From positions 1-64,000 of IMG/VR virus record IMGVR_UViG_3300032257_000004: a stretch of 64,000 bases of DNA; one strand, written 5' to 3'. This document shows positions 7,451 to 16,884 of the stretch, piece after piece (the stretch's first letter is position 1; the number at the start of each line of letters is the position of its first letter). Both the position numbers and the translations under genes were made by a program. The DNA is from a virus. The notes under the pieces were generated by a model that had not been told where the DNA came from, did no database searches, and worked only from the letters and a program-made list of their open reading frames with translations.

Positions 7451-7813
7451 ATGCCTAGATATATCCGTCAAATACCTCGCGACCTGTTCAATGAGGCCAG
7501 TTTACTGAATTCCATAGGCCACCTCTATTTGAAGGTGGAGGATAACCCCAATTGCGAGGTTATTTACGATGGATACGATGCCCCCTTCGACGTTTACCAA
7601 GACCCGGCTTCCGGGGATTTGACCGTCGATAACCTTTACTTTGTATTGCGGGGGGTACGGATGGTATTTTCCCGGCCCCTCAACAGTCGCGACAAACACC
7701 CGCTCTATATCAGCATTGAGGGCGACGACGACACTCGCATGCAGGTTTTCCATGCCGATGGCGTGATGACGCCCGACATGCAGCATTTAATTCTCGGAGA
7801 TGGCAATGATTAA
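7451..7813 (+). CDS. Conserved phage hypothetical protein
   Basis: GGGAG SD; IPRDLFNEASLL motif. Confidence 0.75.
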   Translation: MPRYIRQIPRDLFNEASLLNSIGHLYLKVEDNPNCEVIYDGYDAPFDVYQDPASGDLTVDNLYFVLRGVRMVFSRPLNSRDKHPLYISIEGDDDTRMQVFHADGVMTPDMQHLILGDGND

Positions 7814-8288
7814 GAAGTTGGAGTGGATTCGAGTCGATCCGGTCACGTACAGGGCTAATAGCCGATTCGGAGCGTACTTATCTTCCTACGAACCGTGGGA
7901 GGGCTATACCCTTCGCGGTCCGGGGATTGAGGATATATGCGTTTGCGATTCCATAGACGCGGCCCACCGAGTTGGGCAAGAGATTTACGAGAACTTGCTG
8001 GACAGCCACCCTATCCGGGTCGAATGGACCGCATGGGACCACGAGTTAGCCCGCAAGGAGGGGTGGGGTATTTGCCAAGTCGATCACGAGGGCCACCCGC
8101 CGTGGGAACTATCCAAACTCGACGAGATGGAAAAGTTCCCCGGCGACTGCGAAGTCTGGGTCCATGTATTCGTCCACGCAGTATTGGGCAGTAGCCTGCA
8201 TATTCGGGCACTGGCGTACTTAAGGGAAGTGTCGCCGCAGGAATTCGTCCAAATCGCGAAGTATTTAAGCAAAATGGGGACTAAATGA
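7800..8288 (+). CDS. Hypothetical protein
   Basis: Coupled ORF. Confidence 0.7.
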   Translation: MAMIKKLEWIRVDPVTYRANSRFGAYLSSYEPWEGYTLRGPGIEDICVCDSIDAAHRVGQEIYENLLDSHPIRVEWTAWDHELARKEGWGICQVDHEGHPPWELSKLDEMEKFPGDCEVWVHVFVHAVLGSSLHIRALAYLREVSPQEFVQIAKYLSKMGTK

Positions 8289-8809
8289 TGACTAGCACAC
8301 CATTCCAAAATGGAACTCCGACCGGTCGCGTCGATATGCACGGGATTGAAATCCGGTGCGGCGATATTGTCCGCTACAATCTTGAGGGCTCCCACACCAA
8401 GAAAGAATACTGGAACCCTGAGTACCGCGTCATTTGGCGATCGCCAAAGTTCACGCTGGAGCATACTGGCGGAGGCAAACCGGGGGATAGTTTTGATTTC
8501 ATACTGACATACGGTGGGACGAATGGCGATTTGGAAATTATTGAGCCGTGGGAAGAGCCCGGACCCTTAAATAAATGCAAAGCGTGGAACGACCTGCTTA
8601 TGTTCCACGCCCTGCCCCCTTACGATACCGGGTCCAATATTGTTGCAGGAGATGGGTACTTCTTAAAGAGTTTCGAAAAAGAGCATGGTATGAAAATGGA
8701 AGAAGTCGAGCAAATGTTGGGTTTTGGCACCCTTAGTAGTCGGTTCCGAAGTATGAAGGACAGATTAGCAACTGCCATACTAAAGAACCCTTATTTGGAG
8801 GACGAATGA
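8285..8809 (+). CDS. Protein with a YopX-like N-terminal domain
   Basis: TGRVDMHGIEIRCGDIVRY resembles the YopX TGxxDxNGxEIYEGDIV motif. Confidence 0.6.
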   Translation: MMTSTPFQNGTPTGRVDMHGIEIRCGDIVRYNLEGSHTKKEYWNPEYRVIWRSPKFTLEHTGGGKPGDSFDFILTYGGTNGDLEIIEPWEEPGPLNKCKAWNDLLMFHALPPYDTGSNIVAGDGYFLKSFEKEHGMKMEEVEQMLGFGTLSSRFRSMKDRLATAILKNPYLEDE

Positions 8810-8867
8810 TGACGACGATGGGACTAAGAGACGTAATCGCCGCACTCACAACGGATGGAGAACCGTA

Positions 8868-9164
8868 ATGAATACGACCAACTTGAACGTCGCAAGAGCG
8901 GTTAAAGCAGACGATAATCGTTTGGTGAGCCCTTTAGACTTGCTAGACCTCGCTCGCGAAGAATTGCACGAACTGGAAGCGTCGGGGAAGCCCGCGAACA
9001 AAGCCATTGTAATTCTATTGCGAGATGTCCCGCCTGATAAAGCGGGCAATGGATCATTCATCACCGATTGGATGGTGGCGGGCTTGCGCGTCTCTGAAAC
9101 CATTGCGCTCTTGGATGTCGTAAAGGCCGACTTCCATGCGCTAATATCAGGGGGATTAGACTAA
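8868..9164 (+). CDS. Hypothetical protein
   Basis: GGAG SD. Confidence 0.7.
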   Translation: MNTTNLNVARAVKADDNRLVSPLDLLDLAREELHELEASGKPANKAIVILLRDVPPDKAGNGSFITDWMVAGLRVSETIALLDVVKADFHALISGGLD

Positions 9165-9304
9165 TGTATATCGGATGGCTTTGGTATTCGTGGGCTTTGC
9201 CCCTGTTAATTGAGGTTAGGCCCTACACGGACGGGCGCGTGTGGACGGTCCAGATCGGGCCGGTCAGCTTCGTCATTGGTCAACACAAGATAAAGAAAAC
9301 GTAA
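9164..9304 (+). CDS. Small 46-aa protein (not in the ORF track)
   Basis: MYIGWLWYSWALPLL...; TAATG coupling at both ends. Confidence 0.6.
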   Translation: MYIGWLWYSWALPLLIEVRPYTDGRVWTVQIGPVSFVIGQHKIKKT

Positions 9305-9609
9305 TGACCCGGTGTCCGAAAATTGTCCCGGTTTCAACCTACGAACTTGCTGAACTTATGAATCTCACCACTGACAATGGCAAGGCTGTTCAAGGCGTCA
9401 TACCGAGTGGCAATATTGATGTTTCAGGGGACGGCGAATGGATGATTGAGGCTCTAATGGCGATCAGAAGCAGGGGTCCGTTTGAGGAGATCGACGGAGA
9501 AAGATTTTGGCGCGCTACGGACGGGGAGCTTATCGGACCCCTCGACCCATCTGCACCCACCGAACAAGATATGCGACCGCTGCAACGGCGAAGGCTTAGT
9601 GAGGATTAG
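9304..9609 (+). CDS. Hypothetical protein
   Basis: ATG 9304 coupled to the upstream stop. Confidence 0.65.
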   Translation: MTRCPKIVPVSTYELAELMNLTTDNGKAVQGVIPSGNIDVSGDGEWMIEALMAIRSRGPFEEIDGERFWRATDGELIGPLDPSAPTEQDMRPLQRRRLSED

Positions 9610-9611
9610 AT

Positions 9612-9941
9612 ATGACTGACACACCCATGACATCTGCTGAAGCACTCATGGCGGCGCACCAGATTGAGAATTGTTTACCGCACCATAAGGAACAATTACC
9701 TGCCACCCTTCGCGCTTACGCCGACCTTCTGGACCACAAGGTTCCCGATAGATTGAGTGAGGCTGTCTTTGATGCGATATATGACCACGAAAAACCGACG
9801 AGCGACGTGCCCCTGTCCAGCGCGCTAGATGTTAGTGCTGCCACAGACGCCATCCTTGCTCTTATCCCCCCCGCCATTCGTGACGCCGCCGAGTTATATC
9901 GTGCCATAATTGGTAGTGATGGAGAACAATCCAGTGAATAG
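9612..9941 (+). CDS. Hypothetical protein (shares an AILALIPP module with 13937-14455)
   Basis: GAGG SD; 18-bp exact DNA match to 14218-14235. Confidence 0.7.
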   Translation: MTDTPMTSAEALMAAHQIENCLPHHKEQLPATLRAYADLLDHKVPDRLSEAVFDAIYDHEKPTSDVPLSSALDVSAATDAILALIPPAIRDAAELYRAIIGSDGEQSSE

Positions 9942-10503
9942 TAACGACAGAGCAATTGAACGAGCGAGGTCCGCAACCAGTGGACATCGCGCCGAAAGTC
10001 TAACCGATGGGGACGAGTGGGGAGTATGGAGGTTTTCCAATCCCGAGACTTGGGTGTACGGCTTCTATGTAGCGTTCGCCCCCGGCCACGTATTCGTCGG
10101 TGGGGATATTGGTGAAATGGTAGTAACCCATTATGGTGCCGCTAAAACCATGCAGGAAGCGCTGAATTGGTTGATCTCCGATCGCCCCGATTTGGATTAT
10201 TTATTGGGAAAGTCCAATAAAGAGGAGGTGATTGATATGCGAGCGACGCTGGAGTTTGTTAAATCGGAACGCAAAAATTACGTCGACGATGGCGACCCCG
10301 ACGAACCGACCCTCAGAGGATTCGACCAATTAATTGAGGACATCCCCGCCACTGAACCGACCGAAGTGCCGAGGATGATCTACGACAGTGGGTTGTTTGA
10401 TGGCTACGCATGGTACGGTTCGATGTCGTTCGACAGCACTGCAAGATTCCAAATGGCCTGCCTCCTGCAGGCCGCTGAAGCCATCCGAGAGGAAATACTA
10501 TGA
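9934..10503 (+). CDS. Conserved phage hypothetical protein
   Basis: PGHVFVGGDIGE...DYLLGK motif. Confidence 0.7.
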   Translation: MNSNDRAIERARSATSGHRAESLTDGDEWGVWRFSNPETWVYGFYVAFAPGHVFVGGDIGEMVVTHYGAAKTMQEALNWLISDRPDLDYLLGKSNKEEVIDMRATLEFVKSERKNYVDDGDPDEPTLRGFDQLIEDIPATEPTEVPRMIYDSGLFDGYAWYGSMSFDSTARFQMACLLQAAEAIREEIL

Positions 10504-10703
10504 AACGCTTTTTTGACATTATATCAATAGGGGTGGTGGTACTATTTGCCCTGTCCCTATTGGGGTATTTGGTTTATATCGCGCTGAACCACTGGGTATT
10601 CGCGTCGATGGTAGTAGGATTTTTCCTGCTATCCATGCTGCTCTTTTGGTCGATTGCCAGAGTCAAGTCTATGGTCGAGGGAAGGCCGGATAGTTACGAC
10701 TGA
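10500..10703 (+). CDS. Small two-TM membrane protein
   Basis: Two hydrophobic helices. Confidence 0.7.
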   Translation: MKRFFDIISIGVVVLFALSLLGYLVYIALNHWVFASMVVGFFLLSMLLFWSIARVKSMVEGRPDSYD

Positions 10704-10704
10704 A

Positions 10705-10740
10705 GGGGGTCTAGCGTCGCAGCCCCCGCCGTGGTATAGT
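10705..10740 (+). promoter_or_regulatory. Early promoter with box
   Basis: GGGGGT...TAGCGT-CGCAGCCCCCGCCGTGG-TATAGT. Confidence 0.75.
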
Positions 10741-10766
10741 AGTGTATCGATCAAGGGAGACTACTG

Positions 10767-11261
10767 ATGAACAAGGAACTGCTACTCAAGTCCGCCGAGA
10801 TAATGGACAATTTGGACCCGAAAATTTACAACCAGTCGGACTGGTTTACCCGCCCGAAATTCGAGAGAAAAGACCCTGAAACGGGCCTGCCCGAGGGATT
10901 TTGTGGAACAGCGGCCTGCTGGTTGGGCCACATGGCGATCAGCCCTGAAATCCCCGGCATCCAAGTAATGGACAGGGGTGAAAGCCACCCCAACCCGGAT
11001 TACCGGTACTATGCTGGGAACGGAAATCCTAGTCAAAGTTCCGGGCAAATCGCGTCGAAAGTCTTTGATATTCCCTACGAGCATGTAATGGAGATGGTAG
11101 GTTCAATGGCCAACCGGCCCGGAGGGTTCTTCTGGTACGCCTCCGATGCCGGTGTCGCTTCGCCTACCAAGATGGTGGCCTCAGCCATTCGCAATTACGT
11201 CGAGACAAATGGCGAGATTATGGACCAGTTCGAGGCTGAAAGACGGAGGACGAACCGATGA
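10767..11261 (+). CDS. CxTAAC-family protein, paralog 1
   Basis: MNKELLL...EGFCGTAACWLG. Confidence 0.8.
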   Translation: MNKELLLKSAEIMDNLDPKIYNQSDWFTRPKFERKDPETGLPEGFCGTAACWLGHMAISPEIPGIQVMDRGESHPNPDYRYYAGNGNPSQSSGQIASKVFDIPYEHVMEMVGSMANRPGGFFWYASDAGVASPTKMVASAIRNYVETNGEIMDQFEAERRRTNR

Positions 11262-11662
11262 CTACACCAGCTGCTGCCAACGCTTATTTAGCCAACCACC
11301 TATGGCGAATGGAGGACAAGCGCCCCGCCGTTTACAACCCCAAAAACCGACCAATCGAGGAGTTACCTTTCATATTGGGTTTCAATAATGGAGGAAGTCC
11401 CCGCTGGTACAGTGCAATCGCCATAGCCCAAGACGGAACAGCATTGGGGGGTCACGTTTGTTCCGATGAAGGGTACATGCCCCACGACCTTGGCATTCTG
11501 GAGGGTACTCGGCCTGATCGCCACGAAAAAGAGTACCAGAAGCATTATCCGGACGGTTATCGTATGGATTTTATTCCATCGGACAAAATCGAGTCGTGCG
11601 AATTATTGCAAGAGGCGTTCCGCCTGAACGCGCTGCTGCCAAAGGATAAGGACGATGAATAA
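11258..11662 (+). CDS. Hypothetical protein
   Basis: Coupled ORF; GHVCS...HDLG. Confidence 0.75.
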   Translation: MTTPAAANAYLANHLWRMEDKRPAVYNPKNRPIEELPFILGFNNGGSPRWYSAIAIAQDGTALGGHVCSDEGYMPHDLGILEGTRPDRHEKEYQKHYPDGYRMDFIPSDKIESCELLQEAFRLNALLPKDKDDE

Positions 11663-12212
11663 GGAACTACTACTCAGAACTGCCGAGGTCATGGACCGGG
11701 TCGAGTACTACGACCAATCCGAATGGATAGACCAAATGGTACTGGAGTCCCAACGCTTCGAAGAAGACGGCAAGATGATTTATCCGGAGGAGGGCTTTTG
11801 CAATACCGCCGCCTGCTGGTTGGGCAGTTGCGCAGTTAGTCCCATAGTGCCCGAGATTTGGATCAAACGCTGGGGCACAGACCGGGACCGGGGGCCGGGA
11901 ATGCCAGCCGCACAACGTTTCACCATTGAGAATGCCAACGGGGACCCGAGGATGGCGTACGGGGACGAGGATTTAGTCTCCCTGTTCGATATACCGAGGA
12001 CCCACTATAACTCTCTAGTCGATGGTTCAGCCGATTGTAATTACGGCTTCTTCCACTGGGCCAACAACTACGGCCACGAGGGCGATTTGCCGAGAAACAA
12101 ACGAGCGGGCCCGAAACATGTTGCCACTGCAATTCGCAAGTACGTCGAGACCGATGGGCAGATTATGGAAGACTATCTGGACTGGAAGGTAATGGGGAAG
12201 TACCATGACTGA
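11655..12212 (+). CDS. CxTAAC-family protein, paralog 2
   Basis: MNKELLL...EGFCNTAACWLG. Confidence 0.8.
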   Translation: MNKELLLRTAEVMDRVEYYDQSEWIDQMVLESQRFEEDGKMIYPEEGFCNTAACWLGSCAVSPIVPEIWIKRWGTDRDRGPGMPAAQRFTIENANGDPRMAYGDEDLVSLFDIPRTHYNSLVDGSADCNYGFFHWANNYGHEGDLPRNKRAGPKHVATAIRKYVETDGQIMEDYLDWKVMGKYHD

Positions 12213-12588
12213 ATTTTCCGACACGACGCACCTGCCCCCATACTGGTGGGAGGAAAAGGACCCATCGGGTTGGATGTACGAGGGTGCCAAGCCCGAGGAC
12301 GTGCGGATAGTCAGCGCCGCGATACGCATTACTCGCCGGGGCTTTATGCCCCATGTAATTCCGGGCGCAAGACACTTCTCCCCCGGTATGCGAAAAATCG
12401 TCGACAGGATGGTGCACGAGGGGGTATTCAAGCAGAAGCACGTGCTGGCGGCTGAACAAGGCTTCATCGATCAGTACGACCGGTATTGGACCCGTGAACA
12501 GGCTTGGGAAATCGTAATGTTTACCGGCCAACCGCTCACCGATCGCGCCAAACAAACCGGAACCCTGTACAGCGAGGACCTATACTAA
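12205..12588 (+). CDS. Widespread conserved phage protein
   Basis: IVSAAI...GARH...QGFIDQ...TREQA...LYSEDLY. Confidence 0.75.
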   Translation: MTEFSDTTHLPPYWWEEKDPSGWMYEGAKPEDVRIVSAAIRITRRGFMPHVIPGARHFSPGMRKIVDRMVHEGVFKQKHVLAAEQGFIDQYDRYWTREQAWEIVMFTGQPLTDRAKQTGTLYSEDLY

Positions 12589-12881
12589 TGGCGAAGTTGT
12601 TCGAACCCCAAGCGACAATGACGCACTACGCCATGGCGCTGCCGGATGGGGATGTTACTATATTGGACCAGAACGAACTGGACCATCCGGACGGGGCCCT
12701 GAGCGACATTATTGACGAATACGATGGGGTGGACAGTTGCGACTACAACGGGCATTTCGGTGAGTTTATTTTCTATCGGGTAGAACTTGAATATGACACC
12801 CCGGAACTCCATGCCAGTATTATTGCCACCACCAAAGAGTATTTAAGGGAGATAAAATCATGGCCTACTCACAAGAAGTAA
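12588..12881 (+). CDS. Hypothetical acidic protein
   Basis: TAATG coupling, GAGG SD. Confidence 0.7.
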   Translation: MAKLFEPQATMTHYAMALPDGDVTILDQNELDHPDGALSDIIDEYDGVDSCDYNGHFGEFIFYRVELEYDTPELHASIIATTKEYLREIKSWPTHKK

Positions 12882-13156
12882 GAGAAAAAGCGTACGCTCT
12901 CGACCCCGAATGCTGGATATCCTACTCCGGTAAACCCCGCCGTTTCAAACAGGAGATGGACAGTCGGAGGAGCGAAGCGCTCGCGAAAGCCAGCTGGATG
13001 CTGCGAGAGTATGAGGTGCCGGAAGAAATCGAAAAAGCGGATATTGTCGAGCGCCTAGAAGAGCTGGAGAATCGACTGGACACTGCAATGAGCGCCTTGA
13101 ACCGCACAGTGAAGATTTTAGAGGAACTGATGGAATCCGAAGGGTACTTGAAATAA
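12860..13156 (+). CDS. Hypothetical protein with a C-terminal coiled coil
   Basis: GGGAG SD; heptad pattern. Confidence 0.7.
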   Translation: MAYSQEVREKAYALDPECWISYSGKPRRFKQEMDSRRSEALAKASWMLREYEVPEEIEKADIVERLEELENRLDTAMSALNRTVKILEELMESEGYLK

Positions 13157-13244
13157 CCCCATCGGCGGAGAAGCAATCCCTTGACCATCAGGTATTGAGG
13201 GGTGTGTAGTCTCCCCTTTAAGCTAGATAGAAGAGGACTGAAAC

Positions 13245-13490
13245 ATGACCAAGACAGTTGAAGAGCAAGTGGACGAAACGTCCGGAATGAGCGAGGGTTT
13301 GGTAAAGCGGTTGTCGGTCATGGGTTTGCTATGGGCGGCTACCGTCCGAATTTCCGAGTCGATTTATCATCGCGTCGTGATTGCCGGGTCCGCAGACGCG
13401 GCCCTAGCGCTTATTAAAAAGCAAGGCTGGGAATTGCACGAGGGCGGTGGACCGGGCCACGATATTGGCCGGTATTTAGTGCTGGACTAG
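13245..13490 (+). CDS. Hypothetical protein
   Basis: GAGG SD. Confidence 0.65.
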   Translation: MTKTVEEQVDETSGMSEGLVKRLSVMGLLWAATVRISESIYHRVVIAGSADAALALIKKQGWELHEGGGPGHDIGRYLVLD

Positions 13491-13492
13491 GG

Positions 13493-13732
13493 ATGGGACG
13501 GAGGATCACCAAAAAACTGGTTCAAGACAAGGTGCGGGAGTGTACACATACTTCCACACCGCAGATAAACACCAACAGTGACCAGTCCAGAGGTGAACCC
13601 CGGTTCCACTACGTGACCTGCAACCACGAACACTGCAGGTGTGCAGTAGATGGAAGCGAAAATTTTCGGGTCGTGGAGCGCCGAGCGGGTTATATAATTG
13701 AAGCGTGGAAGAATAGAGGCAGCGAGCGATGA
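13493..13732 (+). CDS. Small Cys/His protein, weakly Lar-like
   Basis: YVTC...C and C-terminal EAWKNR resemble the Lar-family AWNxR ending. Confidence 0.45.
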   Translation: MGRRITKKLVQDKVRECTHTSTPQINTNSDQSRGEPRFHYVTCNHEHCRCAVDGSENFRVVERRAGYIIEAWKNRGSER

Positions 13733-13932
13733 ACCACCCAGAACAACAGCACTACCATGATCGACGCAGGCAGGGGTGGTACTATGTTTATAGCCACCGC
13801 CACAATTCCGTCAAAACGGGGCTAATGTCCAAGGCGGAGGCCCGAGCGTGGATGCGGAATAGTGTTTTTGTCAAAACGCTGAGGGTTGCTAAACATCCCA
13901 ATTGCCCCAAATGGTGGCAGATATGGAGGTAG
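13729..13932 (+). CDS. Hypothetical basic protein
   Basis: ATGA coupling. Confidence 0.6.
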   Translation: MNHPEQQHYHDRRRQGWYYVYSHRHNSVKTGLMSKAEARAWMRNSVFVKTLRVAKHPNCPKWWQIWR

Positions 13933-13936
13933 GGCA

Positions 13937-14455
13937 ATGAGTAAACCTATGACACCAGAAGAAGCGCGGAATGTTGCTAACGGGATTGCCGCGCTTTGCG
14001 AAACAGACGAGGGGCTGGACACTCCGAAAGGCCGCATCGACTTGCGCGAAGTCGTTAAAAGCCTCAATGAACACGCCGACATGCTGGAGCGTCAGACCGT
14101 GGATAGGGAGGCTGTCAAGCGAATACTTTACCGGCTATATGGTGATGCTTGCGCTAACGAGCAGGCACTCTCAACAGGCGCAAAGATAAACATCCCTGAC
14201 ATTGACGGCGTTGCAGCCGCCATCCTTGCTCTTATTCCGCCATCTTGTGCATCAGATAGCACCGTAAGTGAGCCACAAGAGGATTTGTCTCGCACCATGT
14301 TGGTTCCGAGCGAAATCATCCACGCGGCGAGCGCCCTATGGGATGCGGTAGATGAAGCCTCGATTGCTCATAGGGTGGCAGAGGAACACGACCGGCTTGG
14401 TAAGGCTTTTGGAATACTCGAAGATATGAAGCCCGCCCCTACAGGAGGTGAGTGA
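13937..14455 (+). CDS. Hypothetical protein
   Basis: GGAGG SD, ATG at 13937. Confidence 0.7.
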   Translation: MSKPMTPEEARNVANGIAALCETDEGLDTPKGRIDLREVVKSLNEHADMLERQTVDREAVKRILYRLYGDACANEQALSTGAKINIPDIDGVAAAILALIPPSCASDSTVSEPQEDLSRTMLVPSEIIHAASALWDAVDEASIAHRVAEEHDRLGKAFGILEDMKPAPTGGE

Positions 14456-14685
14456 TGCCGACAGCTAGTCCAGAATTACGCGACGAATGGCACGACGAAG
14501 GTGACATCGGATCAATCAGATTTCTTGAGCAAGCTGGATACGTTTTGGGCCGGGATTGGCAATGGCGACACCCAATGAACAAGACGCCTACCGAGAGGGA
14601 AGGACGCGCCATGTCGTATCTAATCGAGGAATGGGACTTCGGACAATTCACCACCACCCCGCCGCAGGAGAACAACAATGACTGA
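14452..14685 (+). CDS. Hypothetical protein
   Basis: AGGAGG SD. Confidence 0.7.
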   Translation: MMPTASPELRDEWHDEGDIGSIRFLEQAGYVLGRDWQWRHPMNKTPTEREGRAMSYLIEEWDFGQFTTTPPQENNND

Positions 14686-14938
14686 CAAGATTGTAGAGGC
14701 CGCGCTTCCCGCTTTGATGGATTACGCAGAAGCGTATGACATGTTCCCAGATGTTGACCCTGACCCAAGACACGCCGTCGAGAAAATTATCAACGCTGTC
14801 CGTCCAATGATCGAGGCCGCAGCCTTCGAGCGTTTGGCTAAGGTGGCGGAGGCCGATGGTTATTTGTGGGCCGTTAGGGATGACCAATCTATTGAAGAAA
14901 AACTAGAAGATTGGATTAGATCACAGGTGAAGCCATGA
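14678..14938 (+). CDS. Hypothetical protein
   Basis: AGGAG SD. Confidence 0.7.
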   Translation: MTDKIVEAALPALMDYAEAYDMFPDVDPDPRHAVEKIINAVRPMIEAAAFERLAKVAEADGYLWAVRDDQSIEEKLEDWIRSQVKP

Positions 14939-15213
14939 GCGATTTTTATTTCCCCGTAAAAACAGGGCGCGGGCTTCCCGCCGATTGCCGCGAGTTATGC
15001 CGCCGCCTTGTATTGCGAGAGATGCGGAAGGGGTCTAGCGCAGAGAATATCGCTCGCCGCATTAACTGGACGCCCGCCCGCTTGTGGAATTGCTTGGCCG
15101 CGTCCGAAAGGAAATGGGGCAGATCACAGCAAGCATTAAATTGGTTCTCTGATATTTGCCTATCGTGCGGTTGCACTCCGCACCTCTCTGTTGAGCCGCA
15201 GGTGACGCCATGA
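14935..15213 (+). CDS. Hypothetical protein, possible HTH
   Basis: SSAENIARRINWTPARLWN helix-turn-helix-like segment. Confidence 0.55.
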   Translation: MSDFYFPVKTGRGLPADCRELCRRLVLREMRKGSSAENIARRINWTPARLWNCLAASERKWGRSQQALNWFSDICLSCGCTPHLSVEPQVTP

Positions 15214-15542
15214 GTTCATATTTCAGACTCACCAAGGCAAAGAATGGTGAATATTATTTCACACTGTACGCGGCCAATGGAAAGCCTCTCGGCCAGTCTG
15301 ACACCTACAAGGCCAAGGCCAGCGCGATACACGGCATTGAGGTTGTCAGACGCGAGGCGGGCAATCCAGATCGGTTTTTTTATAAATCTGCTCCGAACGG
15401 CAAAACGTACCTCTCACTCAAGGCGGGCAATGGGGAAGTCATGCTGACAGGTCGCGGATACACTTCAGAGGACGGAGCAAAGGCGGGGGCAGAGGCAATT
15501 ACCAGAGCCGCCAAAACTTTAGACATATGGGATGCAACATGA
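15210..15542 (+). CDS. YegP/DUF1508 tandem-domain protein
   Basis: Two repeats of L(Y/K)AxNG..(S/G)xxY.S...A..G. Confidence 0.85.
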   Translation: MSSYFRLTKAKNGEYYFTLYAANGKPLGQSDTYKAKASAIHGIEVVRREAGNPDRFFYKSAPNGKTYLSLKAGNGEVMLTGRGYTSEDGAKAGAEAITRAAKTLDIWDAT

Positions 15543-15576
15543 TCGACCTACTCGTAGTGGTTGACGAAACATGACA

Positions 15577-15605
15577 TAGACGCAGCCCCATGGTCATGGT
15601 ATACT
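15577..15605 (+). promoter_or_regulatory. Early promoter with box
   Basis: TAGACG-CAGCCCCATGGTCATGG-TATACT. Confidence 0.7.
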
Positions 15606-15630
15606 GTACGTAAGATAAGGGAGACTCAAC

Positions 15631-15972
15631 ATGAGTTACAGCATCACTCTTGCCATTCCAAACCAGAAGGATTTGGAGTACGGCTTCACTTTCAACCTGT
15701 CGCCGTTCTTTAAAAAGCACGTTCGGCTGGGCAAAGAAAGCGGACTTTATGCCCTTTCGGGTTTATCAGCTAGTGCCGCTCGTTTGGTTCTCAGGGCAGC
15801 ACTGGATTCGATATTGGACGAACAACACCAAATGTCCGCCAACCCCGATCAAATTTCCAAGCTTTACGAAGTGTCGGGTTATGGAAGAGTCCACGAGGCC
15901 ATTGCGTTCCTTTGGCGGTTGTACTGCGATTGCGGCGACCATCCTTTCGGTGAATTGGAGGTAGTAGGATGA
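15631..15972 (+). CDS. Hypothetical protein
   Basis: GGGAG SD. Confidence 0.7.
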   Translation: MSYSITLAIPNQKDLEYGFTFNLSPFFKKHVRLGKESGLYALSGLSASAARLVLRAALDSILDEQHQMSANPDQISKLYEVSGYGRVHEAIAFLWRLYCDCGDHPFGELEVVG

Positions 15973-16475
15973 ACAAGGAACAGTTCCTAGATGAAATCTT
16001 TCGTATGTCACCGTCCCAGCGAAAAGCTGTGGATGTTGCTATTGCCACGCAGCAGATCAAGCGCCAGATTCCGAAAGAGGAAAAGATTGATGCCGCTATC
16101 GACGCCGTAAATGGTGGCGGGTTTTCATACACCGATTATTTAGTGGGAGAATTAGAAGTGACCAAATTTGAACGAACAGAAGAAACAGCGCGAAGGCTCT
16201 ACGAGCGACTGGCCGACGATCTGGAATTGACTTTCAGTGATGATTATTCGGGTCGTGCAATGTACGGCGAAACATGCTGGGGAGTTTCCGGCGACGCCAG
16301 AGATGCCGAGATCGGTTTCACTTTTTTCGAGGCGGCGGTTGAAGAGGGCATGGACCCCACGGACTATGAGGAAGTGCGCTGGGTGCGGTCCCTATTACCC
16401 CTTCGCACCGATTCGATGGGTCGCGGAGTGATCTGGTATAATCCATCAGTTCCAAGGATGCTTCGCAATGAATAA
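15969..16475 (+). CDS. Conserved phage hypothetical protein
   Basis: YSGRAMYGETCWG...DSMGRGVIWY motif. Confidence 0.75.
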   Translation: MNKEQFLDEIFRMSPSQRKAVDVAIATQQIKRQIPKEEKIDAAIDAVNGGGFSYTDYLVGELEVTKFERTEETARRLYERLADDLELTFSDDYSGRAMYGETCWGVSGDARDAEIGFTFFEAAVEEGMDPTDYEEVRWVRSLLPLRTDSMGRGVIWYNPSVPRMLRNE

Positions 16476-16884
16476 GGACAGGATAGAGCGACTGGCGGAT
16501 TTCATTGAGAAGTCCGAAACTGAAATCCAAATGAGGCGAGAGTTCGAGCCGCCTTTCCTTGAACAAGACCCTCGCAGCCATCCAATCGAGTGTTACACAG
16601 CGGCTTGCATTGCCGGTTTTGCTTGCGCAATGGGGCAGGCGAATGGAGAGTTGGTTATCCAATCGAACGACAACCACTACATGGGTATCGCGGCGGGATA
16701 CTTGGGCATTGATCCGGATGGAGAGTTTGACAATGTCCGCGATCTGTTCATGCCGAGTCTACCCCGGTATCGTTGGAGTTCCGGTCCCGAAGCGTTGGGC
16801 TATATTACCAAGAAAATGGCGGTGAAAACACTTCGGCATTTGGCCCAAACTGGAGACATAGATTGGGAGGCGGCTAATGGATAG
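16468..16884 (+). CDS. CxTAAC-family protein, paralog 3
   Basis: MNKDRIERLA...ECYTAACIAG. Confidence 0.75.
   Translation: MNKDRIERLADFIEKSETEIQMRREFEPPFLEQDPRSHPIECYTAACIAGFACAMGQANGELVIQSNDNHYMGIAAGYLGIDPDGEFDNVRDLFMPSLPRYRWSSGPEALGYITKKMAVKTLRHLAQTGDIDWEAANG

Noticed and set aside
6620-7508. Many overlapping ORFs (for example 6633-7205, 190 aa) in the repeat region
   Set aside because: No SD sequences, low-complexity translations driven by the DNA repeats, and a terminator just upstream; treated as non-coding
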